DNA of 64,000 bases from Mytilus edulis (lineage: Eukaryota), in NCBI RefSeq assembly GCF_963676685.1, contig NC_092349.1:14384001-14448000 (forward strand), read 5' to 3'. Positions 26,785 to 39,023 of the stretch are shown here, piece after piece. The notes beneath the pieces are model-generated. The model had not been told where the DNA came from, did not search any database, and saw only the letters and a list, made by a program, of their open reading frames with translations. Each line of letters begins with the position of its first letter. Positions within the stretch are counted from its first letter, which is position 1. The translations under genes were made by a program, and so were the position numbers.

Positions 26785-27005
26785 GGGGTCTCAATGGCCG
26801 AGTGGTTACTACTGTAATCACTAGCCAGTCAACACTGAAGTTATGAGTTCGAACCCCGCTCGTGCGGGTGCACTCGAATCCAATCTTAATTGACTAGGAT
26901 TGTCAATTTTCCTATTGAAGGTCGGCTTCCTCAACCAATAAAACTGACCGCCACGAAAAAGTGAATAATGCGGTGCTTAAAAGTGGAGTTAAAACACCAA
27001 AAATT
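26785..27005 (+). mobile_element. tRNA-derived SINE (mollusc Meta-SINE-like) with target duplication
   Basis: A-box TGGCCGAGTGG, B-box GAGTTCGAACC, 3' AATAAAACTGACCGCCACG...GTGGAGTTAAAACACC. TCGTTGTTT is duplicated on both sides (26774, 27012). Confidence 0.85.
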
Positions 27006-29779
27006 AAAGCATCGTTGTTTAAATGTGTAAATGTAAATATAGGAACTGCAGAAAACATCAATATCGTTTAAATTTCCATAGATAACATACTAAACAAAAA
27101 TAACAAAAAGATAAAAACACTAGTGACAAATCTTAAAATATTTACGATTATTGTTTCTAGTTTAAAGATTGATTGTTAACAATTAACCATGAGTTCAAAA
27201 CTTAACAGTTAATCAGAACACCTAAGATGTGTAAGGATTCCATTAACAAACTTAAAACAAGGATAACCTTGTTCATTATCAGAATGAAGAATCATAATTG
27301 ATAATTACATGAAATTAATTCAAGGTAAAGTTCAAATGTCAATCAAAACATTTGTATCAGTAAAAGAATCTAGAAAATAGTTTAGAAGCATTTACGATAA
27401 ACCTGAATTTATAATCTGAGAGTTACATACAGAATACAGTCATAACATTTTATAAAACTCGACAACATATATATTTTGTCAAAAGATTGTGAAAGCTGAA
27501 CACTGTTAGAATTTATCAATTGGAGCCTATTTCTACAAATACAATGTGAAATGATAGCGTTATAGATTTTTCTTCAGATGTCTCCTATCTTTTGTAGAGC
27601 AGATGCGAAACATTCCAGAAATTTTAAAAGTCATAAGTACAAAATAAACTGACAACGCCAGGGCTAACAAATAGGGAAGAAACAGACAAACGGACAATCA
27701 AAAGTTAAAAAAATACGATATAGAAATACTTATAATGTCGTATGTAAATTTCGTCTATTACAAAATCCTGTTGGTATACTAGTAAACAGAGAACATGACA
27801 ATTTTTATCATTAAACTAATAATTTACGTATCAATACCTTGAAAATGAGTAACCATGAAAACCTATAACTTTTTCAACTGATATATTACAACAGATCTAA
27901 AGAAATTACTGTCAGTAATTGAATTCATACAAAATCATACTAAACTACCATAAACGTTCTTACCTATGACGCTAAGGTTTACTTCCTAATTCCGTGTAAA
28001 TCAAGATTTATTCTGTAATGAACAACAGCTTATTTCGCCTCGAATTAAAATTGAATGGAAATTTACACGTTTATATAAGCGAAGAAAATGACAGTTACAC
28101 TAATTATCTTAATCTGATTTTCAAATCTTTTGATGTGTTGTTAAAAAGATAAATTATCGCGATCTACGTGAGTATTTAATGATAAATTGGACTGGTTTAT
28201 ATAATCGTTGTTATAATAGGATTTTAGTAATGAGCAAGTTTTTTGAATAAAAAAAGATGTGTCATATCCAAAACACCACCTTTTGTTTTATAATCTCATT
28301 GTGTATTCTCTTTTAGCATTTGGTAAGTTACAGTTCAGTTTTTCTGTTTTTCCGTTACTTTTCCTCTTATAGTTGAAGGTTTTAGTTCGAGTCAAAATTA
28401 TAATTTCGTTTTCATTTATTTTCTGTGTAAATTATTACTATTACTGTCTCGGAACTTAATACATTTGTATGTTATTGCGCTATAGAACATTTTTGTTTTC
28501 TTTCTTCTGTTTTTTTTTCGGGTGTGCTTTGGTTATATGCCTTTCTGCGTTTCTCTGTTTATATATTTGTATGTTAGTGATTAAGATTATAACATAATAT
28601 TGATGATGTACCCTTATTTTCAATATTTTTACCTAGTATGTCTGTTTTTGCAAATTCAGAGGTATGACAGGTTTTATCTATTCGTTTGGTTTGTTTGAGC
28701 TTTTGATTTTGCTGTTTGATTCCGTTTTGAAATTTCTGTGGGGTTCGGTAATTTGGTATTTAACTTTCAATTACAAGGAATTTCACAAGCTGTATATTCA
28801 TTAGTGCAATTGTTATTCTATTATTTCAGCAAACGTGTGGTTTTGTTATTATATTTTTGTAATGTTTAAATTATGTTTGATCAATTTGAAAGGTGCATGA
28901 TTGCTTGACAAGTTTATTTATGATTCGTTATATGCAAATAATACTACCATTACCTTTATGCCACTTATTTTTAGTCTTCTTCGATGTAAACTAAGCAATT
29001 TGTTACTCTTTTCAAAATCACAAATTGATTTAATCATCTTTTTGTATTATTTCTCTTAATTTAAAATGTTTATGTATTCTTTAAAAAGTTGCATTCATCA
29101 AATTTGGGGTGATGTTGTTTTAGATATTTGAAAATGCATTTAAAAGTTTTCCTGTTTTTCCATACAACTATTTTGCTGTTTTTTTTATTTCATTTTTTTA
29201 CTCAACACTGGATATCAAATGTTAAGGTTAAAGCGGTCCTGGTGGATGAAAATACATTTTGTTCGTAGTTTAGCCGATTAGTCCACATCGGTCAAAATCA
29301 AGTATGACGTCAAATTTCTTGTTTTTCTCTAAATTTCTCATAAGGCGTCATGATCAAAAGTGACCATGCCTGTCAACGTCAAATGAGAAGAACAAATATT
29401 TTTGCAGATCAATGAAAAGAAGGAAGAGAAGATTGACTGCATATTGTCTAAAAAGTATTACAGAAACAGATTCCATTACCAAATCTTGTGCAATATCCAT
29501 TCTTGACAGTTAAATGTTTAACATTCAAAACACTCAGCGAGCCTCATGTTTTGCGATTTGATTGATAACAATTAACTGGATCGAAATGATGAATGTCGTT
29601 TCACACTCGATATAGTTGTAGAATCTATATATAAACCTGCCGAACACACAAAATGTATAAAGTGTTTATTAAATTTATTAGCACTGAGTCTAGTTCGATA
29701 CAGTTGATTGCGGACGGTTGATATTGTCTGTCTTAACAAACTATAACATAAACTTATCAAACCGCCCACCACAGCGTTG

Positions 29780-30009
29780 CCATAAGAAACTAAGGATCCA
29801 ACTCCATCGGACAAAGTTGACATTTCCATAAGAAACTAAGGATCCAACTCCATCGGACAAAGTTGACATTTCCATAAGAAACTAAGGATCCAACTCCATC
29901 GGACAAAGTGGACATTTCCATAAAAAACTAAGGATCCAACTCCATCGGACAAAGTGGACATTTCCATAAGAAACTAAGGATCCAACTCCAAAGGCCAAAG
30001 TGGACATTT
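29780..30009. repeat. 46-bp minisatellite, 5 copies
   Basis: Unit CCATAAGAAACTAAGGATCCAACTCCATCGGACAAAGTTGACATTT with starts spaced exactly 46 bp apart. Confidence 0.95.
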
Positions 30010-31789
30010 CATGAATTTAACTTTTATGTGTATGTCTCTTTTAATCATGAAGCTTCCAACTTCGTAGCATAGTTACAAATCATTAATTTTAAATGATAAA
30101 ATAGAAAGCATTTAAAAGCGTGTTTCAGGTGTTTCTCATATATTCATTGAAAGTTTTTAAGATTTCGAAACAAGATACTGTTTTTGTTTGTTTTTGTTTG
30201 TTTTTGTGGGTTTTTTGGTGTGTTTGTTTGTTTGTATTTGTTTCTTTCTTTCTTCGTCTGTTCTTTTTTATTTGGCAAGAAATAGTTTTCATTTGATTTA
30301 TACCAGAACATGGCTATAAATGTTATAAGACAACCCATCAAAGATACTAATTATTATGCTATATGGTTTATCATCTGGCCGTCGTTACAATCTTAGTCAA
30401 GGAAGCGGAACTTTACTTGCTCCCTATTCATATCATCAGCAATCTGAAGAATTATTAAAATTCATCATTATATTGATAATATTTCAAATAAAATATTATT
30501 CATAATACATATATCAACATTTTAAAGGGTTTGTATATAATTTTTTTTATTTAAAACAGTTAAAATTGAATGTATTCCTTCACATCGGGTTTTGACGAAT
30601 GCAAAACATTTCTTGAAATTATCTTATTGAAATCAAGTTACGCTAAAAGAGGGACGAAAGATACCAGAGGGACATTCAAACTCATAAATCGAAAATAAAC
30701 TGACAATGCCTGGCTAAATATGAAAGAAGGCAAACATACAAACAATAGAACGCATGACACAACATAGAAAACTAAAGAAAAAGTAACATGAACCCCACCA
30801 AAAACTAGGCGTGATCTCAGATAAAAGTATTGAGCATTCCGAAAGTAAACTGCGATCGATTATTTTTACGAATTCGTTGTAATCATTACTCCGAAACTAT
30901 TCTGTCTGTTTGTTTCTAGAGCTTTATACCATATAATTATATGAATATAGTTTACCTTTATTATAAACATTTAAATTTTGCGTATGTATATTTCAGATGT
31001 TCTGACTCAGTTAAAGGTTAACGATGTTTAAAAGCATTTTTTGGCAACAACTTCAAAAACAATTACCTGTTCTAACACAAAGTTTACCGGAAGTTGTAAG
31101 AACTCCAGCTGCATTAAAGGCCTTGCATGGGTACTCTCCGCTATCTGTCGTTATAGTATTAAAATGATCCTCAACCTAATATAAAGACTGTACATGTAAC
31201 ATGGTTGAACAAACACACACAAAATGTATTAACATAATGATTATTGCATTTCCAGTACATTTTAAAAAGATAAAAAAAATATTATGAGATATACATTTCG
31301 ATCTTGTTTGAATAATGAACGGTCTTGTCTCATAAACCATCAATCTATATCTCCTGTTTTCTGTATTGGATATCTATTTGTAATAATGATTAATTAATCA
31401 TAGACTTAAATTGTTGATAGTTGCAGTATGGTTCAAGGTTACGCACTAGCATACATATATGTGGTTCAATATAAATACAGAGTTTACAATATAATGGAAT
31501 TGATGCGACTGTCCCAAGTCAGAAGCCTCTGGCATTGTTGATCTTGTGTGATTTTTAATTTTAGTTTTATTGTGTATAATTCGGAGTTTAGTATGACATC
31601 AAATATCGCTGAACTGGTATACATATTTGTTTAGGGGCCGGCTGAAGGACTCCTCCAGGTGCGGGGGTTTCTCGTTGCATTGAAGGCCCATTGCTGTTGT
31701 ATGCTCTGTGGTCGTGTTGTTGTCTCTTTGACACATTCCCAATTTCCGTTCTAAATTTTGCCTCTATGAATTAAAAATTGCATAATTGT

Positions 31790-32650
31790 TATTGGGTCGC
31801 CTTGACGGAGTCAAAAAGCGAGACATAGGTATGCTTTTTCCGGCGGAGGCGACGGCGATGGCGGCGATGGCGTCAACAATGTATTAGTTTGTGATTAGGT
31901 CTAGTTTATGGTGAACCACAAGTGGTAGGTCAATCATATTTGGTATGCAGTTGTATAAGCACTGGCACATCTCATTTCCATGGAGATTATTTGGCCCTGC
32001 CCCCTCAGTCATGGTCTATTGACTTTGAATTTTTTTTAATTTACATGTATTAGTTTGTGATAAGGTCAGTTTATGGGGAACCATAAGTGGTAGGTCAAGG
32101 ATATTTGGTATGCAGTTGTATAAGTATTGGCATATCTCATTTCTATGGAGATAATTTGGATCCGCCCCCTTAGTCATGGTCTATTGACTTTGAAAATTTT
32201 TCTAAGTTATCATGTATTAGTTTGTGATTATGTCAGTTGAAGGGGAACCATTAGTAGTAGGCCAATGTTAATTAGTATTCAGTTGTATAAGCATTGGCAC
32301 ATCTCATTTCCATGGAAAATATTTGGTCTCGCCCCCTCAGTCACAGCCTTATGACTTTGAAACTTATTTTAGTTTACATGTATTAGTTTGTGATTATATC
32401 AGTTTAAGATGAACTTCTAATGGTAAGTCAATGATATTTGGTATGCAAATTTATTAGCGTTTGCAAGTATCGTTTCCATGGAGATTTTATAGCCCCAGGC
32501 CCCTCTTCATGGTTCATTGAAACTTTTACATAGTTTACAAGTTAATGTTTGTATTTAGGTTTGGGAACGACTTATAATAAGTCAATGGCATTTGGTATGC
32601 AGTTGTATTAGCAAATTGGCACATCTCATTTACATGGAGATTGTTTAGCC
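31790..32650 (+). mobile_element. HINE/pearl-like element with GGC microsatellite and ~5 tandem ~165-bp core repeats, truncated at a LINE tail
   Basis: 5' GTCGCCTTGAC...GTCAA...GCGAGAC head, (GGCGAC/GGCGAT)n, repeated ATGTATTAGTTTGTGAT...TTTGGTATGCAGTTGTAT...CATCTCATTTCCATGGAGAT units. Confidence 0.75.
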
Positions 32651-34432
32651 ATGAATGAATGAATGAATGAATGAATGAATGAATCTTTATTTCCTCCATG
32701 TATATGAAGATTTTGCATACAAAAAGAAATTAATAATTATTTACACAATAAACAAAATATCATACATTTTGAGATAAATACCAAATGAAAAACAAAAACA
32801 TATTTAGATATCCACACAATACACATATAGTATACACAACAAAAACACAATGTTTTTCAATCAAAGTCTATTCAAAAATCAAAATTAAACCTGTTTTCAA
32901 ATAATACATGTCTGAATTTCTTAAACATGGGGTACACATTTTTTGCTATGTAATACATCATTCTAGACCAATCTATAGGATCGAGATCGTATATTATATC
33001 ATTAACAGCTCCTAATAGTATTTCTTCAAGAAGGTCATCGTCGCCTAAATTGAAAATGTCCACAGATTTTTGAATGGGAAGTTCATCCACAATTTTATAA
33101 AACATAACATTTCTCTCTGTTAATAGAACATGACACTCCATAATTAAATGTTTAACGATATCAAAAGACTGTTTGTTACATAGAGTACATGTAGCTTTCT
33201 TAATGGCTGCCGATCCTAAAGCCACAAGTACTAGCAGTTCGAGTTTTGCGTCGGGATATAAAACTGTCAACCGAATTAATCTATGTTCACAGAGGGTAGG
33301 ATGAATTTTGGAATACCTTTTGAGTTCATTTCTATTTTCTAAATTACTTTTCCATCTGTTCTCTTCATAAATTTCAATAGACTGACGGACAATTTTCGAC
33401 CACAGCACTTTTTCTGGTATGTAATCCTCATTTACATAGGTTTCAAGGAAAGAAAATAGATCGTATTTAACCAGAGTTGTTATAAGATTATAGGTTATAG
33501 AGTGTTCGGCATTTTCATCCAGAATAAATTGACTGATGCACATGTTGAACAATTTTTTATGAGTTGTGCCCGATTTACTCCTACATAATCGCCCAAAGAA
33601 TAAAAGTTTGAATTTGTCAGTTTCAGCTTCCAATGACTATAAACCAAGGTTGCTTGTAGTTGAGTCCGTTGGTGAATATTTGTCCATACACTGTATATAT
33701 CGCGCAGCATATCGTTGTGTTCTTTCTAAAAGTTCTATTTCAGAATTTGAGAGTTGTCTCCATACTTCGCAAGAGTACAATGCTGTAGGCAGAACAAAAC
33801 GTTTCCATATTAAAGTGTTTGTAATCGGCGTAAGGCCTTTTGGGTTTACTCCAGCACTATACAATGGGTGTAGATTTTTCTTTAACTTCTTAGCCGCATT
33901 TTGTGTCCTTTCAAACGTTTTGTTATTGTTAGTTATCAATGTACCAGCATAAATTGTATCAGTTTTACACGCTATTTTTGTATTTCCAAGCTTAATGTCA
34001 ACATCTGTATTATTATTAAAAGCCAAGACATAACTTTTTGTTCCGTTATATTTAAGTCTCCATTTACAAGCATAAGTTTGTACACAGTCGAGAAGACCTT
34101 GTAGACCTTTTGGCGAAGCACTAAGAAGGGTTGTGTCGTCCGCCAGAAGAATGGCAGGAAAGTTTAAATAACCAATTCGTATTCCACAATTTGTCGAAAT
34201 CAGCTGTAATATTAAGTCATTTATGTACAAAGAGAATAGCCAAGATGAGAGTACTCTCCCTTGCCCTACACCCTACAAAATGGAGAAATTGTCACTAGTA
34301 AGTCCATTATATTGCACATGTGCACTAGCAGATTTGTAAGACATAAAAAGTATGTTCCATAGTTTACCGGTTACACCGATTTCTTTCAATTTCAGAAAAA
34401 GTCCGTCGTGCCAGATCTTGTCAACTGTTTTC
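32651..34432 (-). mobile_element. 5'-truncated non-LTR retrotransposon (LINE) RT + C-terminal CCHC region, pseudogenised
   Basis: Minus frame reads KIWHDGLF...GVGQGRVLSSWLFSLYINDL...LLADD...KWRLKYNGTKS...LYSCEVW...CTLC..HLIMEC. In-frame stops at ~34273 and 33637-33639. The 3' end is AATAAAG followed by an (ATTC)n tail at 32651-32685. Confidence 0.92.
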
Positions 34433-34644
34433 CTTATGCTATGTTATTTACCTACAGTTGCTGAAATCACAGTACAACACACCATGAGCACAATGAATAA
34501 AGACGACATCAGTGATGGTGTTTTTTTTTTTACAAAAGGAATGAATTTCTATAAAATAAAATTGAATAAATTGCAGTATATATGGTAGTATATAATCATT
34601 AAATAAACTCTCATCATAGATACCAGGATTGAAATTTCATATTT

Positions 34645-34688
34645 ACGCCAGACGAGCATTTCATCTACAAAAGACTCATCAGTGACGC
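34645..34688 (-). ncRNA. Minimal hammerhead ribozyme (slightly degenerate stem III)
   Basis: Minus strand: GCGTCA-CTGATGA-GTCT(TTTGT)AGAT-GAAA-TGCTCG-TC-TGGCGT. Confidence 0.75.
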
Positions 34689-35567
34689 TCGAATAATAAA
34701 ATGTTAAAAGGCCAAATAAAGTATGAAGTTGAAGAGGATTGATGACCACAAATTCAATGTAATATTATAAAAAAAATGTGTTTAATATGTTTTGGAATAC
34801 ATGTTTCATTGTTGTTTAAATTTCAGCGTACAGCACCCGGAGTGGCGGATCCAGGGGTTGGATTATATTTACATAAAACAAACACGAATAATAAATTAAT
34901 ATTGCCAATCTTCTGGATAGTCTTTATGAAGTTACTTCTCATCTACGTGCCAACGACATTTTTGTATGTTTTCGGAGAAGAAGTAGAGATTTAAAAAAAA
35001 AGAAAGTTAAATCACAAAGATACTGAATGGCAAAATCAAATGATAAAACACATAAAACGAATGAACAACACCTGTCATATTCCTGACTTGGTACAGGCAT
35101 TTACAAATGTAGAATGGATTAAACCTTGTTTTATAGCGCTAAATCTCTTTTGAAGTAGCTTTTAAGTAACTGGAAGTCCCAGATCAGTACTTTGAGACAT
35201 GTAGATTTAGAGTTTTTTCACCGTTTTGTTTCGTTTCTCGAGATTATATAAATCTGATGAGTGTAGTTCTTTTGAAGATTTTTATAATTTCGGTTCTAGT
35301 TGTGATGTTTTGATTCATTTGTCTCAGGTCAAGGGGGAAATGGGGAGAGGATGGGGCTTTAGTCGCCCATACGTTTACCGTGCTAAATTCTGCATATGTA
35401 GGGAGTCTGTTATTCAATGATAATCATTTGTTTCCGTAAATCATATTGCATTTTTTATGTGTATTGTTTAATTTTGAATTGGTTTAAATTTACCATCGGG
35501 TTAGTTTATAGCTTGATATGCTGTATGGGATTCGCTCATTATTGAAAGCCGTACATTTACCTATAGT

Positions 35568-37694
35568 AATGGAACGCCACAGCTGTCGTATGTGGAACTC
35601 TGATATTACGACGTTGTTTTATCATTACTTGATGATATTTTGTTTTAACATAATATGGTGTTGACATTGCGTAATGATGTTTTGATATGACTCAATATGG
35701 AATAGTCATTACTTTATGATGTTACGATATTACACGATATGGCTTCGTATTGAATTGATATAGTTGGGCGTATTGCATTTCTGCTAATTTTTTAAAGTCC
35801 CAATACTACGTTTCCGCAAATTTAAAGTATACGTTTCCGCAATTTGTATTTATTACTTTTCCGCAAATTAAATTACCTGGTAAATTGTAAATTATAAATA
35901 TTTGAATATTTGAATATCATATATAAGATGAATTATTATTATTTTTTTTTAATAAAGACAAGGTTCTGATCTATCTTATATCTACAATATACTAGATATA
36001 ACTAGTTGACTCTGGTAGGGATTAGTTAAACTTCATTGAGAAACCCAATGAAAATTATTTGTTTTAAAAGTGTTCACCTTATCCGTAGACATAAAAAGGT
36101 AATCACACTCAACATTTGATCACACATCAAGATGGATCTGGTACATACAGAAACGAACAGAGGAAAGAAATGCATAATCTACGACGGATTTTCCTATAGA
36201 TCGTCAAATATTTTGAAGAATGGGGATAAAGTTTACAGGTATGTACAGTTTTACAAATATTAACTTTTCTCTGAATAAAATGATGTAAATATTTGATTTA
36301 ATGTTGTAGGGGTGTATACAATTAAAAATGATAGAATTTGTTCATACTTTGCCAAAACGTTGTATATATTTATTGTGAACATTAATTTCGTAAACGTAGA
36401 TAAGCCGAATATAGCGACTGAATTATTCGGGTTAGCAAAATAGCATAATATGAAAGAGGGACGAAAGATACCAAAGGGACAGTCAAACTCATAAATCTAA
36501 AACAAACTGACAACGCCATGGCTAAAAATAAAAAAAGACAAACAGAAAAACAATAGTACACACGACACAACATAGAAAACTAAAGAATAAACAACACGAA
36601 CCCCACCAAAAACTAGGGGTGATGAAAAAGATTCATTGAAAAAAAGAAAATATTTTAGAGTTACCTCCCCTTAAAATGCTTATTTGAAAACGTTTACAAA
36701 AGCAAACAAATATAATTCACGCTTTTAAAATATCAATATTTGTAAGTTAAAATTTTATAAATTTGTTCCTTGGAATGAAAATTCATATTTATTATCTGCA
36801 TCCATCTGACGACAAATGTATGAAGTTTGCCGATTATATCTTGGAATTTTACATAGATGGCAATTCCAGATTTCCACCAACCATTTGGGCATCACCTCCT
36901 GATCCCGAGGAAAAGAGAACGACAAATGGTGCCGAGTCTTTTCATGCCCACCTGAACGAGCAGTTTTATGCTAACCATCCTAACATTTTTGTTTTTGTCG
37001 ATGTTTTACTAAAACTGCAAACAACATCTTACATAAAGATGAGAACTCTTACTGTCAAAGCACCTGTTCGCAAATACGAAAAGGAAAAGATGGACTTCCT
37101 TCTAGAGCAAAATTCAAAACTTGTAAACGGACAATATACTACTGTGGACTTTGTAAGACGTGTTGGGTACAAGTATTCTGCCAGAACTGACTTATGAACT
37201 ATTATCATTCAAGATACATCTGATTAGTGCTGAACATACGTTTGCGTACATTTTTATGATGAATTTTATTTGCATGCTATGATGACCTTTAACTTAATAA
37301 ATATTTATTTTTTATTTTGGCTTTGCTTTCGATCAACAGGTATTCCTTAATTATTTGCGAAAAAGTAATAATTTATTTTTTCCGAAATAGTTAATTTTTT
37401 TCCGGAAAAGGTAAGATATGTATTTGCGGAAACGTAAACCTTTTTTTCCGGAAACGTCATCTTTTTTTTCCGGAAAAGTAATGCCAATTTGCGGAAACGT
37501 AAAACGCCGATATAGTTTTTTCATTACTTAATATGGTTTTGTCATTACTCGAAGTGGTTTCACCTTTATTTAATGTGATTGTGTCATTAGCAAAGTGGTT
37601 TTACCATTACATGATGTGTATGTAACTTCAAGTAATGAAAAAACAACATCATGTAATATCAGAGTTCGACATAAGATAGCTGTGGCGTTCCATT
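35568..37694. mobile_element. Non-autonomous TIR DNA element hosting a nested MULE
   Basis: AATGGAACGCCACAGCTGTCGTATGTGGAACTCTGATATTAC ... GTAATATCAGAGTTCGACATAAGATAGCTGTGGCGTTCCATT. Flanks share TATAGT, so the TSD is 4-6 bp and its boundary is ambiguous. Confidence 0.85.
35766..37508 (+). mobile_element. Internally deleted Mutator-like (MULE) transposon
   Basis: GATATAGTT is duplicated at 35757 and 37509. Termini GGCGT.../...ACGCC with repeated ACGTTTCCGCAAA / TTTGCGGAAACGT subterminal motifs. FLYWCH-type first exon 36132-36238 (MDLVHTETNRGKKCIIYDGFSYR) and C-terminal transposase piece ~36800-37197 (RTTNGAESFHAHLN...HPNIFVF); the central DD region is absent. Confidence 0.85.
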
Positions 37695-39023
37695 TATAGT
37701 TGTCAATTCATGTGTCACTTGGTGAAAGTTACCTACCTAACATTTATACCATTTGTTTTAGATGTAAAGTATTCTCACAAAATCTTTACAGGGCGTATTC
37801 TAACACATGGTAGAATAGAATGTTACAGCTATTTTCCTACTGCATGTAGTTTAAAGGTTTGATTGACTTGATTGTTTTGTTTTTATAACTGTTTACCCTG
37901 CATTTTAATTAAGTTTTACAATTCTAATCAACAGATAGGCTGGGTTTCAGCTTGTATGATGTAATTGAATGTTTGAACAAACATTTAAACAAACAAAGCA
38001 AGCAAGCCAACCAAACCTATAAACTACATACAGTAGTGAAATAGCTGTAAATTAAAGCATTTAATTTAGTTTCGAATAATGTTAGTTTCAGTTTAAGATC
38101 TTAAAAGATATGTATTCAACCTAGCATACTGTTTTCCAACAATATTAAGCCCTACATGTTCACATGCCCAACTTAAAAAAAAACAATAAAGGAGGGAAAA
38201 AAACGGCGGAAAAACACTAGTTTGTATAGGGTATCGTTAACTCAGGAGTTAATTTTTTATACAATGAATTACTGTAAATCCAATTCAATTTAATATTTTA
38301 TTAGAAAGAGCACTATTGAGGCGTGATCCAAATACAGACAATTTTAATATTAAAACAACATATAAATAAAATAAAATAAAATTCAGAAGTTATTGCGTGC
38401 ATTTATTATTGTGATTTTGTCATTTTAAACTTAAATGCAATTTGAATTTTTACGATTTTGAGAACAATTTTGTTTAATTCATATCACATGTTTCAAAATG
38501 CGAATTAAATGATTGCATTTACAACTCTGTCACATTCTTTGCAATCACAATAAAAAGTTCACAATAAATTCTGAATGTACAGTATCCAATTCATGGTAAT
38601 TGCCTCATTTGAAGTTAATTGGACTTTTTACAAAGAATAAATTTGAAATCATTTTAAATTGATGTATTAAATGAAATTAAACAAACGTATAGTCAGTGTT
38701 GTGAGTGGGTAATTATATATTCCTTTTACACAGGGCTTGCCATTCAGAATGACATTTAGTAACACTTTACAAAATAGAATGTAAAAGTTAACATACTGGG
38801 CCCAGTTGTTCAAAAGTGTCGTTAAGCTAACGACTAGTTAAGCCTAACAACTCGTTAAATTTTAACATTGTTGTTAGTTAATTTCTGTGTTAAATTATGT
38901 TGTTCAAAAATATTTAACGACTGCGTTAACTAACAACTTGTTAAAAAATTTAACAACTAATTAATTTAACATTTTCCCACAACTCCCTTAAAATCCAACA
39001 ATTCCTCCACTTCCTGTTTGAAA

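Noticed and set aside
26785-26870. Possible tRNA gene
   Set aside because: It has A and B boxes but no proper cloverleaf, and it continues into a SINE body with a target duplication.
29780-30009. Regular repeats (also 6758-6994 and 17300-17615) as possible CRISPR arrays
   Set aside because: Units are head to tail with no unique spacers, there are no cas genes, and the context is eukaryotic; these are minisatellites or TE subterminal arrays.
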